This document shows positions 1-10,530 of a DNA stretch of 64,000 bases, piece after piece. Position 1 is the stretch's first letter; each line of letters starts with the position of its first letter. The position numbers and the translations under genes were made by a program. The stretch spans positions 32,001 to 96,000 of the forward strand of contig CAVRBU010000018.1 in the NCBI GenBank assembly GCA_963719315.1, in the 5' to 3' direction. Source of the DNA: an uncultured Planctomycetota bacterium (GTDB lineage: Bacteria > Planctomycetota > Planctomycetia > Pirellulales > Lacipirellulaceae). The notes beneath the pieces are model-generated. The model was not told where the DNA came from. It ran no database searches and saw only the letters and a list, made by a program, of their open reading frames with translations.

Positions 1-2
1 TG

Positions 3-1169
3 GTGCTGGAGCGGATTGTCTCGGCGGGCGGCTTGACGAAGTCGTTCGTGGTGTCCGCGAAGCTGCTGAAGCTGATCGGAGAGATCGACGTCTCAAGTCG
101 TCAGGTCAACAACCTGACGGTGATGGTAGGCGAAGAACTGGCGCGTGACCGCGATCGGCAGACCGCGGCGTACGCCGATCAGGCGTTGCCACGAACCGCT
201 ACGCGTGTGGAACCCGTGCCGCAATTGGCCTGCGTCGAGGTGGATGGCGGGCGGATGCAGACCCGCACGCCCGGCGAGGGGCCGGGTGTCCATGAGGCCC
301 ACTGGCGAGAGACGAAAACGGCCGGTTTTTTCCGCATGAAAACGGCTTCGCACGCGGCCGACCCGCACCCGGCCTTGCCACGTTGTTTCGCCAGCCGCCG
401 CAAGATGCAAGGGTTGCTTCCTGGCGTGGGGGAGGAGCTGGCGGCAGGAGAGCCCGTCACCGACCATGACCCGAACTGGCGCCCGAAGGTGCTGTTCCGC
501 ACCTGCTCGGCATCCCTGGAAACGAGTGAACGCTTCGGCCAGATGATGGCCGCCGAGGCCGATACGCGGGGATTCTTTGCCGCCCACAGGCGCGCGTTCT
601 TAGGGGACGGCCTGCCCTACAACTGGTCGATTCATCGTCGACACTTTCCGACGTTTGAGCCGATCGTTGACTTCGTGCATCCGCTGGAGCGATTATACGC
701 GGCGGCGCGGGCGGCGCATGAGGAGAACGACTCGGCCTGGTCACAGTACGTCGCTTGGGCCGGCGCCGTGTGGCAAGGACGGATCAGCGAAGTGATTCAA
801 GAGCTTGCCGGCTACAGCCAGTCCTGGGGCCCGCCTCCCAAGGACGCCGACGAGTCGGACCCCCGCCGCGTGTTGGCCGAGTCGCTTACCTACTTGCGAA
901 ACAACCAGTCTCGCATGGACTACCCCCGCTACCGTCGTCAGGGTCTGCCGGTCACCAGCGCGCTGATTGAGTCGCTGGTCAAAGAAATGAACTACCGCGT
1001 GAAAGGGACCGAAAAGTTCTGGAACGACGGCCTCCCTGGCGAAGCGATCCTGCAAGTCCGAGCCGCCCTCTTGAGCGACGACGACCGCCTCGCCGCCCAT
1101 ATCCGCCAAAGACCTGGCCGGCCCTTTGCACGAACCTCAAGAAAAACCCCGCTAGCAACCGCCGCCTAA
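3..1169 (+). mobile_element. ISKra4-family-like (UPF0236-type) DDE transposase, 5' truncated by window edge
   Basis: Motifs VEVDGG, FLGDGLPYNW, IVDFVHPLE, YLRNNQSRMDYPRYRRQGLPVTSALIESLVKEMNYRVKG typical of ISKra4/ISLre2-like transposases. Confidence 0.8.
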
Positions 1170-1175
1170 AAACCG

Positions 1176-1193
1176 ATTAGCGTTCCTGCACCC
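1176..1193. mobile_element. Probable right terminal inverted repeat of the IS (ends TTCCTGCACCC)
   Basis: Lies just after the transposase stop and ends in CCC (GGG on the other strand) like ISKra4-type ends; the left end is outside the window so pairing cannot be shown. Confidence 0.4.
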
Positions 1194-1310
1194 GCCCGCG
1201 GCACAATACGCGTCGTTTTCGCGTTTTGAATCCGGCTTCTTTATGTCTTCACGCCCGCGGCTTAAACTGTGACCGGACGGAGGCACACTATTCGAGAGCT
1301 AACACGGAAT

Positions 1311-1460
1311 GAAGCCGCCAAGTAAAGCCAAGAACGCCAAGTCTTCACGATGTTCCGATTAAGGCGCGAGAGACTGCCGGAATGACAACTCACAGATAAA
1401 CTGCTTGCCAAGTTGTATTCTCACTGCATTACTTGGCGATCTTGGCGATCTTGGCGGTTC
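1311..1460. repeat. Imperfect inverted repeat built of 9-mer units (CGCCAAG.. / CTTGGCGAT x3)
   Basis: 1311-1342 gaagccgccaagtaaagccaagaacgccaagt pairs with 1431-1460 acttggcgatcttggcgatcttggcggttc. Confidence 0.75.
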
Positions 1461-1507
1461 TTTTTCAGTTTGAGAACAAAGTCGGGGGAAGTGAAAGGAT
1501 ATTCGAC

Positions 1508-3093
1508 GTGCTGGACCTGTCCAAACTGCAAGACGCAATTCGTTACGAAGGCGGCATCAGTCGCCGCTTGTTTCTCGCGTACTCGGCGAGCCTCTCGGCG
1601 ATACCATTGCTGGGCCGACAGTCGGCCTCCAAAACGCACAAGCCGAATCTTGCAACCGACCCGTTCGGCGTCGGGATCGCGACGGGCGATCCAACCCCGG
1701 ATGGCGTCGTGCTTTGGACCCGACTCGCGCCGCAGCCGTTGCAACCAAACGGAGGCATGGACTCGCAACCGGTCGAGGTGACTTGGGAGATTGCCGACGA
1801 TGACGCGATGCGCCGCGTCGTTCACCGCGGCACGGCCGTCGCCACGCCCGATCTGGCCCACTCGGTTCACGTCGAGGTGAACGGTCTCGCGCCGGATCGT
1901 TGGTACTGGTACCGCTTCCGCGTCGGCGACGCGGAGAGTCCGATCGGCCGCACGCGGACCACGCCGGCGGAGGATTTCACACCGCAGAAACTGCGGTTCG
2001 CGTTTGCCTCCTGCCAGGACTACGAGGATGGCCACTACACCGCCTACGAGCACATGGCCAACGACGATCTCGACATGGTGTTTCACCTCGGGGATTACAT
2101 TTATGAGGACGCACCCAATGATGGCCTCGTACGCAAGGTCGTCGGCACTGAACTCCAGTCGTTGGACGACTATCGACTTCGCTACGCGCAGTATAAGAGC
2201 GACCCGCTCTTACAAGCGATGCACGCCCGCTGCCCTTGGATCGTGACGTGGGATGACCACGAGGTGTCGAATGACTACGCGGGCGAGTTTTCGGAAGAAC
2301 CGGTGATCGACCCGGCGAAATTCCTCGTCCGCCGCGCCGCCGCGTATCAGGCCTACTATGAAACGATGCCGCTGCGCAAGGAATCGTTGCCGCGCGGCCC
2401 GAACATGCGGTTGTACCGAAAGATGTCGTTCGGCCGGCTGGCGGAGTTTTTGGTTCTCGATACGCGCCAATATCGCACCGACCAGCCCTACGCCGGCGAA
2501 AAGCACGACATCGACGATCTCGCCGCCTCGCCTAAGGCCACGATCTTGGGAGGCCAGCAGATGCAATGGCTCCAATCCTCGCTGGCCCGATCGACGGCGC
2601 GGTGGAATGTTCTGGCCCAACAGGTGATGATGGCGGCGGTCGATTTCACGCCGGGCGTAAGCAAGAGTTCTCGATGGAAAAGTGGCCCGGCTACATGCAC
2701 GACCGGCAAAGCCTCGCCCAGTTCCTCGCCGACCGTCACATTTCCAATCCCGTCGTCCTGGCGGGCGACATCCATTCGAATTGGGTGAATGACTTGAGGG
2801 TAGATGACCGGATGGCCGACACGCCGGTGATCGCCACCGAGTTTGTCGGCACCTCGATATCAAGCGGTGGAAACGGGGCCGAGGAACGCGGCCGCGAGAA
2901 AGCGTTCATGGCCGAAAACCCCTGCGTGCGATTCTTCAATGGCGAGCGTGGTTACGTCCGCTGCACGATAACGCCGAAAGAGTGGCGTTCCGATTTCCGC
3001 ACCGTACCCTACGTCGACAAGCCCAACGCGCCCATCAACACGCGGGCCACGTTCGTTGTCGAAGCGGGCCAGCCTGGCGCGAAGCGGGCTTAA
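1508..3093 (+). CDS. phoD: Alkaline phosphatase D (PhoD), Tat-exported; frameshift near 2660
   Basis: GTG start at 1508 after GAAAGGA; SRRLFL twin-arginine signal; ATGDPTPDGVVLWTRL, FHLGDYIYE, WDDHEV, LDTRQYR motifs; C-terminal LAGDIH in the second frame (2566..3093). Confidence 0.9.
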
Positions 3094-3097
3094 AAAT

Positions 3098-3841
3098 CTA
3101 TGCCGCCCCACCCAGGCCGACGTGCATGCCTTCGCCGAAATAGTATTTGCGGGCTTCGGGGTGGTTGAGCACCTCGTTTCGCTTGCCGTGACAGAGCACC
3201 TGGCCGGCGCGGATCACGTAGGCGCGATCGGTAATTTCAAGCGTTTCGCGGACCTGGTGGTCCGTAATCAGGATCGCGATGCCGCGATCGCGCAGGTCGC
3301 GGATGATCGCTTGGATGCTGTCGATCGTCACGGGATCGATGCCGGTGAACGGTTCATCGAGCAGAATGATTTGCGGATCGGAAACCAGTGAGCGGGCGAT
3401 TTCAAGCCGCCGCCGCTCGCCGCCGGAGAGCGACATCGCCCGGCTGCGACGGAGCTTCGTAATTCCGAACTGCTCCATCAACTGCTCGGCACGATGATTG
3501 CGAATCTTGCGACTCATGCCGAGCATCTCCATCACGCCCAGCAAGTTTTTCTGCACGCTGAGCTTGCGGAATACGCTCGATTCCTGGGCCAGGTAGCCCA
3601 TGCCGCCGTCTTTAGCGCGGCGATACATGGGCCAATTGGTGACGTTCTGGTTGGCCAGCGTCACTTCGCCCGCATCGGGGTCGATCATGCCGCAGGCCAT
3701 CCGAAACGTAGTCGTTTTGCCGGCGCCGTTCGGCCCCAACAAGCCCACGATTTCGCCCGGATTGACCTCGAAATCGACGCCGTCCACCACGCGCCGCCGG
3801 CCATACGACTTCACCAACCCACGAACTTGTAAAAGCGCCAC
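3098..3841 (-). CDS. lptB: LPS export ABC transporter ATP-binding protein
   Basis: GLLGPNGAGKTT, YLAQESSVFRKLSV, LSGGERRRLEIARSL, LLDEPFTGIDP, ITDHQVRETL. Confidence 0.93.
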   Translation of the reverse strand: MALLQVRGLVKSYGRRRVVDGVDFEVNPGEIVGLLGPNGAGKTTTFRMACGMIDPDAGEVTLANQNVTNWPMYRRAKDGGMGYLAQESSVFRKLSVQKNLLGVMEMLGMSRKIRNHRAEQLMEQFGITKLRRSRAMSLSGGERRRLEIARSLVSDPQIILLDEPFTGIDPVTIDSIQAIIRDLRDRGIAILITDHQVRETLEITDRAYVIRAGQVLCHGKRNEVLNHPEARKYYFGEGMHVGLGGAA

Positions 3842-3862
3842 GATGCAAGTCCTCCATGACTT

Positions 3863-3912
3863 GGGTGTCAGGTGTCAGGTGTCGGGTGATTTCTAACTGA
3901 CACCCGACACCT
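3863..3912. repeat. Heptamer-repeat hairpin (RGGTGTC)n / (GACACCY)n, intergenic
   Basis: gggtgtc aggtgtc aggtgtc ggg ... ctgacacccgacacct between lepB and lptB. Confidence 0.8.
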
Positions 3913-3914
3913 TC

Positions 3915-5780
3915 CTATCTAACCAACCTCATATCCCCAAAATTCGGAAACAACGGGAACGGGATCGGCGTGCCTGGAATGCTATTCCACGAATGGGGCC
4001 AATACACGCACAACGCTTTGCCGATCATCAGCCGCTTGTCCAAGTACGCGCCGCCCGGTCGATTGACTCGTCCGTCGCCATTGAGCCACAGTCGCGCGTC
4101 GGAACTCTCCGCGCTGTTGTCCCCCATCACGAATAGTTGCTGGTCTGAGATCGGAAAGTCCGTATGATTTCGCTCGCTGAACCGATGCCACAGCGCTGGA
4201 TTCGTCGGCAGCTCAAGGATTTGACGGTCGAGCGGATGATTGAAATCCGTGACAGTATCGTTGCCGCCGTTTCGATCCCAGCGATCGGCGATGTAATACA
4301 GGTCCCGCCAAACCTTGAGCCGGCTGACCGTCAGCTTGGCGTCGCGCGCGCCAATGCCCGCCGGGGCCAGATCGCCCAAATCCTTATCGCTCGTTTGTGG
4401 AAGAATGTTTTTGCGGTCGCCGAAGATCTTGGTTGCCTCGTAAGCCGTGCTGCCTTGAAACGATACGAGTTTTCCATCAACCCATAACAACAGTTGGTCA
4501 TCGACGTTGGCGAATGCGAGGTGATGCTTGCCCGGCCCAACGACCGACGTTTTTGCCGTCGGTGCGAAGTCCGCCAGGTTCGCAGCCGACAATTTCGCTT
4601 CGCCGCTTTTCAAGTCGATCGTACACGAAAAATGCCGTCCGCCTTCAACCAGGTCCAAAATCAGCTCGCCGCTGGCCGATTGTATATCGACATCCGCTTC
4701 GACCATCAGCTCACCGACCCAATGAAGACCTTGCTTGGTTGGATCGACTTGCAGACTGCCTTGAAAGCGATTCCGATCGATTCGCCCGTTGTAGGGATTG
4801 GAGTCCGTGATCAGTCGGCGCCACTGACCACGATCCTGGCCTGCATAGATTTCCTTCTTTGGCCCGCCGGCGCCATTCGCCGCAGCGGTCACTGTTTGCC
4901 AGACTTCGTTCGTCGGCACGAGATGCTCGTAGCGCAACCACGAGGTTGCGTCCCCCGTCGCATCGACGCTGTAAGTTTGTCGAACGTTTTTGCCCACGAT
5001 CGAAGCGTCGACCTTCCACTTGCCGGAGTCCCCCGGCGGGGCATTCCACCGCAACGGCCAACCCGCCGCCTGGAGCTCGGCGGGGTCGTACTCGGTATCG
5101 TGTACGAGTTGCCGCATCGAGAGAACTTTACTAGGCGGTTTCCGCTCGATCTTGAATTCGGCGTCGTCCGCCGCGCCGGCGGGCCGAATAAAAACATCAC
5201 CCTGGTATATGCGGAGCGTTTCGCCCGGCAAGCCCACGAGCCGCTTGATGTAGTTCACCTTGGCGTCGCCCGGGAACTTGAACACGACAACGTCCCACCG
5301 CTTCGGGTCGCTGAAGGCGTACAGATACTTATTGACTAAGATGCGATCCCCATTGTACGAGGGCTGGAAAGGAATGCTGGCATTTTGAGCTTCGGGCAAT
5401 CCGGCCGGCAGACCGTCGGACCGCATGAGCATCACGTAGTGACAAAGAGGGCACATCCCCGCGATGCAATTCGACGGCGGCCGACGACTTGGATCTTCGC
5501 TTTCTTCTTCGCTGGCGCTCACCTCATATTCATAGCCGCACTTCGGACACACGACGTCCTTGTGTCGGCCCATCAGCGTCGGCGCCATCGAACCGGTCGG
5601 AATGACGAACGCCTCGGCTTCGAACGTGCGGAACAAGAAAGCCAACACGAATGCAATCACGATCGACTCGACCGTCTCGCGAAAGGCGTGCGATTTCACC
5701 TTCGGCGCGGCGGGCGCCGATCGCGGCGGCGTCTTTGCCTTCGTCTCGAACGGCATCAATGGTTTCTTGGGCTTGGGCAT
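3915..5780 (-). CDS. lepB: Signal peptidase I, long form with CxxC..CxxC and large internal inserts
   Basis: One TM helix, IPTGSMAPTL (catalytic Ser), NYIKRLVGLPGE (Lys), MGDNSAESSDAR. Confidence 0.9.
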   Translation of the reverse strand: MPKPKKPLMPFETKAKTPPRSAPAAPKVKSHAFRETVESIVIAFVLAFLFRTFEAEAFVIPTGSMAPTLMGRHKDVVCPKCGYEYEVSASEEESEDPSRRPPSNCIAGMCPLCHYVMLMRSDGLPAGLPEAQNASIPFQPSYNGDRILVNKYLYAFSDPKRWDVVVFKFPGDAKVNYIKRLVGLPGETLRIYQGDVFIRPAGAADDAEFKIERKPPSKVLSMRQLVHDTEYDPAELQAAGWPLRWNAPPGDSGKWKVDASIVGKNVRQTYSVDATGDATSWLRYEHLVPTNEVWQTVTAAANGAGGPKKEIYAGQDRGQWRRLITDSNPYNGRIDRNRFQGSLQVDPTKQGLHWVGELMVEADVDIQSASGELILDLVEGGRHFSCTIDLKSGEAKLSAANLADFAPTAKTSVVGPGKHHLAFANVDDQLLLWVDGKLVSFQGSTAYEATKIFGDRKNILPQTSDKDLGDLAPAGIGARDAKLTVSRLKVWRDLYYIADRWDRNGGNDTVTDFNHPLDRQILELPTNPALWHRFSERNHTDFPISDQQLFVMGDNSAESSDARLWLNGDGRVNRPGGAYLDKRLMIGKALCVYWPHSWNSIPGTPIPFPLFPNFGDMRLVR

Positions 5781-5980
5781 AGTTCTCTGTGGGAGGCCTC
5801 TCGGAGGCCGATGGATTTTTTGAATCGCTTGTCTGCTTCGGCGTCGAAGCCGCCTCCCACAATTCCGTTGGTGGCTGGGGTCGAGTCCGCCGCGGCGGAC
5901 GAGCCCCCAGCGACGCTGAAGACGCGGCTCGGCCGCCCAAGATTATTCGCTGGCGGGCTGTAAATATAGGTCAACTACCC

Positions 5981-6711
5981 TCAAATGTGGTTTTCCCCGG
6001 CGATCGGCGTGTTCGGCGAGGTCGCTAGCAGCCGATTGTGTCTTCTGGCCAGCCGTAACGCCGTCCTTCGAGGGCCCTCGGCTAACTCGCGTCGCGTGCG
6101 AAAAAACGCCTGCTCGATCCGCTTCGTCACTAGTTCTGTAAGCTCCTCGTCGGACATTTGTTCATATTGCGTCGCCGTAACGGGCGTTTCGAACGCCAGG
6201 CAAATTGCGTGGGGCCGCACAAAAACATGCCCCGCGGCAGGGCGGCGAACGCCCCATCAAGCGCGGCCGGTACGATCGTCGCCCCACTCCGGCGGGCCAA
6301 CAGGACGAAACCCGGCAACATTTCGTGCAACTCGCCGTCCGGCGTCCGCGAACCTTCCGGAAACACCAGCACCGCGTTGCCTGCTTTGAGCAACTCGAGT
6401 GTCTTCCGAATGCCGGCTAGCGCACCCCGCTCGCGATCGATCGGCACCGCGCCGAGCGCGCGAATCCACAAGTTGAACGGGAAAAAAAATAATCCGATCC
6501 GGGCGAGATACTTCAACTGCCGCGGACTCGCCAAGCCCACGAGCACCGGGTCGAGATTGCTTTGATGGTTCGAAACGACCAGCAAGGGACCCGTGAACGG
6601 TATCTGGCTCTTGCCCGAAAAGCGGTAGCGAAAAAACGTCTGGCTGAGTGCATAGCAAGGGCACCACAATATCGCGTACCACAACCACGCTATCCATTTT
6701 TGACTGCTCAT
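5981..6711 (-). CDS. plsC: 1-acyl-sn-glycerol-3-phosphate acyltransferase; frameshift near 6228
   Basis: NHQSNLD and FPEGSRT motifs; C-terminus continues in ORF 5981..6220. Confidence 0.85.
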
Positions 6712-7355
6712 TGCTTCGATCGCACGATCTGTTCGAGCTTGGCAACCACTTCGTCCGGCGTCAGGCCGTCGGTGGAAACTTCAATCGCATCATCAGCCTG
6801 AATCAGCGCCCCAACCGGCCGCGACAAATCGCGGTGGTCGCGCAACTGCTGATTGGCCAGCACTTCGTCGAACGGAATATTTTCACCGCGGGCCAACAAA
6901 TCGGCGTGCCGCCGCCGGGCCCGCTCTTCCTCGGCGGCCGTCAGGAAGATTTTGCACTCCGCATTGGGAAAAACGACGGTCCCCTGGTCGCGGCCCTCCG
7001 TCACCACGTCATCGCGTGCCGCCGCCGTTCGCTGCCACGCGACGAGTTGATTCCGGACCGCCGAGTTATCGGCCGCATAATGAATGGCCGTCGTTATTTC
7101 GAACTTCCGAATCGCGGCCGTCACATCTTTGCCATCCAGCAACACGCGGTCGCCCACCAGCTCGACGCGAATCTCACGCACCATCCGCGCGAGCGCATCG
7201 CCATCGGCCAGGTCGAGGCCCCGCTCGCGGGCAGCCAGCGTCACGGCCCGATACATCGCTCCCGTATCCAGAAATCGAAACTCCAGCCGCCGGGCCAACT
7301 CGCGAGCCGCGCTACTCTTCCCTGCCCCGGCTGGTCCGTCGATGGTTACAATCAT
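6708..7355 (-). CDS. cmk: Cytidylate kinase
   Basis: MIVTIDGPAGAGKS, LDTGAMYRA, EGRDQGTVVFP; ATG at 7355. Confidence 0.95.
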   Translation of the reverse strand: MIVTIDGPAGAGKSSAARELARRLEFRFLDTGAMYRAVTLAARERGLDLADGDALARMVREIRVELVGDRVLLDGKDVTAAIRKFEITTAIHYAADNSAVRNQLVAWQRTAAARDDVVTEGRDQGTVVFPNAECKIFLTAAEEERARRRHADLLARGENIPFDEVLANQQLRDHRDLSRPVGALIQADDAIEVSTDGLTPDEVVAKLEQIVRSKQ

Positions 7356-7363
7356 GTGTGAAA

Positions 7364-7466
7364 GTCGAGGGTCGAGGGTCGAGGGCCAGAACGACAAAAA
7401 GGCGACGCGTCGCTCGTCGATGATGTCTAGGTCATTCCCTAGACCCTCGACGCTCAACCCGCGACC
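7364..7466. repeat. Heptamer-repeat hairpin (GTCGAGG)3 / (CCCTCGA-like)3
   Basis: gtcgagg x3 at 7364; ccctcga cgctcaa cccgcga at 7444; right arm contains the stop codon of the upstream gene. Confidence 0.75.
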
Positions 7467-10144
7467 TGCTCCCACTCCGCTTCAATTTGAACCCAGCGAT
7501 ACGGCCCAAGGTCGATCTCCGCGCGGCCGTCGACCACTGATAATACTTCAATTTCGTTGCCGCGAAAATCTGTCGTGCGCGCGGTCGCAAAGGGGCGGAA
7601 CGCCGAAAGGCCCGCGCGCGTCTCGCGGCCTTCGGTTTCGAGCAGCCGCACTCGGATCCCGGAAGCCGGCGCGCCGAGCGACGACACGTGCGTCAACAAC
7701 GTGCCTTTCGCCGCAGTGTGCAAAAACCATCCTCGCGGCGAATTTTGCGAACCCGGTAACTCGGCGAGGCACGGTTGGCCTGCCGTGAGCGTGCTGACCG
7801 CGGCGCGAGTCGGAAACGGCCGATCCAAACCAATCGCGAATTGAAACCGTCGCCGCTCTTCGCCGGCCACCACCAGCAATGTATCGAGCCAGTTCGGGGC
7901 CGAGCGCCGATGGAACGGCAGGCCGAGCGCGAAGCAGGTCACCCGGCCGGCGACGTCGTCGATCTCAACCCACTCCGGCGACTCGATTTGTTCCCGCTCC
8001 GTTTCGCGGGCCGTCCACTGCTGGCCACGCCGCACTGTGAGCGCCTCTTCGGCCCAGGCCAGCCGGCTCGCAAAGTACGATTGCCAGATATCGCCGGCGG
8101 GCACTTGCTGCGGATCGAGTTCGACATCCACAAGAATCGCCGCCAATCCGCGGACGGCGCGAACCCGCTGCGTGAAGCGGGCCAACTGCTTATTCCGCCC
8201 ATCCAGCAAGCGGCCCGTGGACGTGAACTCGCCGATCAAAGCGTCGTTGCGAGAAACTTCGACCCGATCCGCAACCATTTGCGATTCCACGGCCGAGCCG
8301 CCGCTTTCGTGGTGAAACACCAGCCGCTGCGAGACGCGCGTGCTGCGATCGCCGTGCGTGCGCAGCGATTGAATGCCGCCCGTTTTTTTGCTGATGATCA
8401 GCTCCAGTCGCTCGTTCCGCAGCGTCAGATCCTCGACGAGCGGCACGGCAGAAGTGGCCGCCACGGACCCAATAGCCGCGTAGCCGCAACCCAGCACGCC
8501 GGGCAATAGCACTCCGTTGCCAACACTCGTGCCGGTCGAAGGCCGCGCATCGAAATCGAACGGATCGACGCCGACGATCTGGCCGCACTCGAAGTTCCAC
8601 GGATTGATTGCGACAGTTTCCGCCGTAGCGGAATTCGCCGGAGTGCCGATGTTGTCCGCGTCGGTCTGAAGCCTTGCGGTTTCAACTGCGGGTTCGGTCA
8701 ACTTCAGACCAGCCAACTCAGCTAGGCCCGCGCCAAGCTGCCGCTGCACCGCCTTCACATCCGCGCGATATGAATCGACTTGCGACGAAATCGCGTTCGG
8801 ATTGCCGGCGGGCGATTGGTTCGGATACTCGCGCGGGAAAAACGTCGTCCAATCATCCGGCTCACGGGTGATGCTAAAGTACTCGTCGAGCGTTACGAGT
8901 TTGCCCAGTACGCCGCCAAATCGCGCGACGCGCCGCAAGTCGTCGAAATACTCGCTCTCCACACCGGGCCAGGCGGCCAGCACGATCGTGGCAACATGAT
9001 CGTGCGCAAGTGAATCGCCCACGCGCTCGGCCAGCTTGAGCCAGGTTTCCGCCCGCCCAGCATCCAGCGGCGTGGCCGAAAGCGCTTCGATCGAACGCTC
9101 GGAATTTGCGCCCCAATTGGTTTTGCGCTGATCGGCCCGCGGAAGCTGGTGACCGTCGAACGACGCGTGTAGCACGCCGCGAAATCCCATATTCTTCAGC
9201 ACTTCCGGCAACAAATGCGAAAAAGCCGTGTCGTATTGGCCGAATACTTCGTACTCTCGCCCCAAATGCTCGCGGGCCACCGCCTGACCCTTTACCAAAT
9301 TCGCCAACAAACTCTCCGGCGATTGATAACCAACGACCGCGCTGCGGTACGCGCCGCCAACGATCGACGCCGTTCCGGCCTCTACCGCCTGCTTCATCTC
9401 GGCCAGCGTATCGGGGTGCTCGCGCGCGATCCGCTCGATCTGCTCGCCCGTGACCAGCAAACTCGTCGCGCTCCGCGTCGCCAGTTTTGCCCGCAGCGAT
9501 TCGCCCAACGTCGAATCCGCCAATAGCGTGATATCGACGACGTAGAAGTCCACCGAGTACACGTGGTTCCGCGCGTCGGCCAGCAGGTCGAAAGCGCGGA
9601 TCAATTCATCGTGCGCCGTTTCGAGATTACCGGCCACGGCTGCCGTGGCAGCGGCCACGGCGGCCGTCTCAAAGTGTTCCGTATCGAGCACAGAGCTGTA
9701 TCGCATTGCGCGGGTCAGCAATTCAACCTGCAAATACGCGAACCCTAGCGCCAGAAAATCGGCGGTCGTATTTGCATCGACTCGATTCGAATCGAGTCCT
9801 GCGCCGCCCAACAACGCGGCGACCGTCTCGCGGCGCGACGCCACGCTTTCCACCGGCGGCGGATTGTTCGGCGCCGTCGCCCGCAATCGATCGCACCAAT
9901 CGCCCGGCATTCGCTCTCGGCTCGGCGGCGGCACGAGTACCAACTCGTTTTCGAGCGAGGCCGGGTCGGGCGGCTCCTCGGCCGGATGCCAGCCGGGCAC
10001 CCGGCTGGTTGTGGCCAAAACGGCCGGATGCCAGAGCGCGGTCCAGGCCGCGAGCAACTCGGCCGCGGCCTCGTCGCCGAGGTGGGTCGGGAAATCATCC
10101 CAGCTCTGACAAGGCAAAATTACCGAGGCGCGTCGAATAGTCAT
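7454..10144 (-). CDS. Large hypothetical protein resembling GH38 alpha-mannosidase-like architecture
   Basis: ~900 aa with deacetylase-barrel-like middle (SIVGG..., LPEVLKNMGF) and C-terminal VRLLETEGR...TDFRG segment reminiscent of GH38 C-termini. Confidence 0.5.
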   Translation of the reverse strand: MTIRRASVILPCQSWDDFPTHLGDEAAAELLAAWTALWHPAVLATTSRVPGWHPAEEPPDPASLENELVLVPPPSRERMPGDWCDRLRATAPNNPPPVESVASRRETVAALLGGAGLDSNRVDANTTADFLALGFAYLQVELLTRAMRYSSVLDTEHFETAAVAAATAAVAGNLETAHDELIRAFDLLADARNHVYSVDFYVVDITLLADSTLGESLRAKLATRSATSLLVTGEQIERIAREHPDTLAEMKQAVEAGTASIVGGAYRSAVVGYQSPESLLANLVKGQAVAREHLGREYEVFGQYDTAFSHLLPEVLKNMGFRGVLHASFDGHQLPRADQRKTNWGANSERSIEALSATPLDAGRAETWLKLAERVGDSLAHDHVATIVLAAWPGVESEYFDDLRRVARFGGVLGKLVTLDEYFSITREPDDWTTFFPREYPNQSPAGNPNAISSQVDSYRADVKAVQRQLGAGLAELAGLKLTEPAVETARLQTDADNIGTPANSATAETVAINPWNFECGQIVGVDPFDFDARPSTGTSVGNGVLLPGVLGCGYAAIGSVAATSAVPLVEDLTLRNERLELIISKKTGGIQSLRTHGDRSTRVSQRLVFHHESGGSAVESQMVADRVEVSRNDALIGEFTSTGRLLDGRNKQLARFTQRVRAVRGLAAILVDVELDPQQVPAGDIWQSYFASRLAWAEEALTVRRGQQWTARETEREQIESPEWVEIDDVAGRVTCFALGLPFHRRSAPNWLDTLLVVAGEERRRFQFAIGLDRPFPTRAAVSTLTAGQPCLAELPGSQNSPRGWFLHTAAKGTLLTHVSSLGAPASGIRVRLLETEGRETRAGLSAFRPFATARTTDFRGNEIEVLSVVDGRAEIDLGPYRWVQIEAEWEQVAG

Positions 10145-10530
10145 GGTCGTAACATAATATCTCACCAAGTTTTAAGGCGAAAGTTGCTCTCCGGTCGAAG
10201 ACCGTCGGAACTCGAACCAGCCTGACCGCCTTCTGCCGCCCGCCCGACATTTTTCACCTCCCGCCCAACATTGCTACCCAATCCCAAATCAACGAGTAGA
10301 ATGAAGAGTGCCGGTAGTCCGCCCAGGCCCGATCTGCATTGCGGGTGGGTGCCGGCTGCGCTACGTAACGTCTTTTCAGTACACTTGTTGGGGAACTGGG
10401 GCGATTGCATCGACCATGCTTTCGCCGCGCGCCGGTCGGCACGAACTCCACCCACCAAGTTGCAATAGGTTTCGAGGCGCCCGTCGAACGACAGGATGGC
10501 GGCGGGTTAATGGGATAGAGGTTCTCGGCT

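Noticed and set aside
1433..1507. N-terminal extension MAILAILAV of PhoD
   Set aside because: It derives from the 9-mer repeat arm; the SD and Tat signal fit a start at 1508
7356..7475. 40-aa N-terminal extension of Cmk
   Set aside because: It is read-through of the heptamer hairpin; Cmk homology starts at the ATG at 7355
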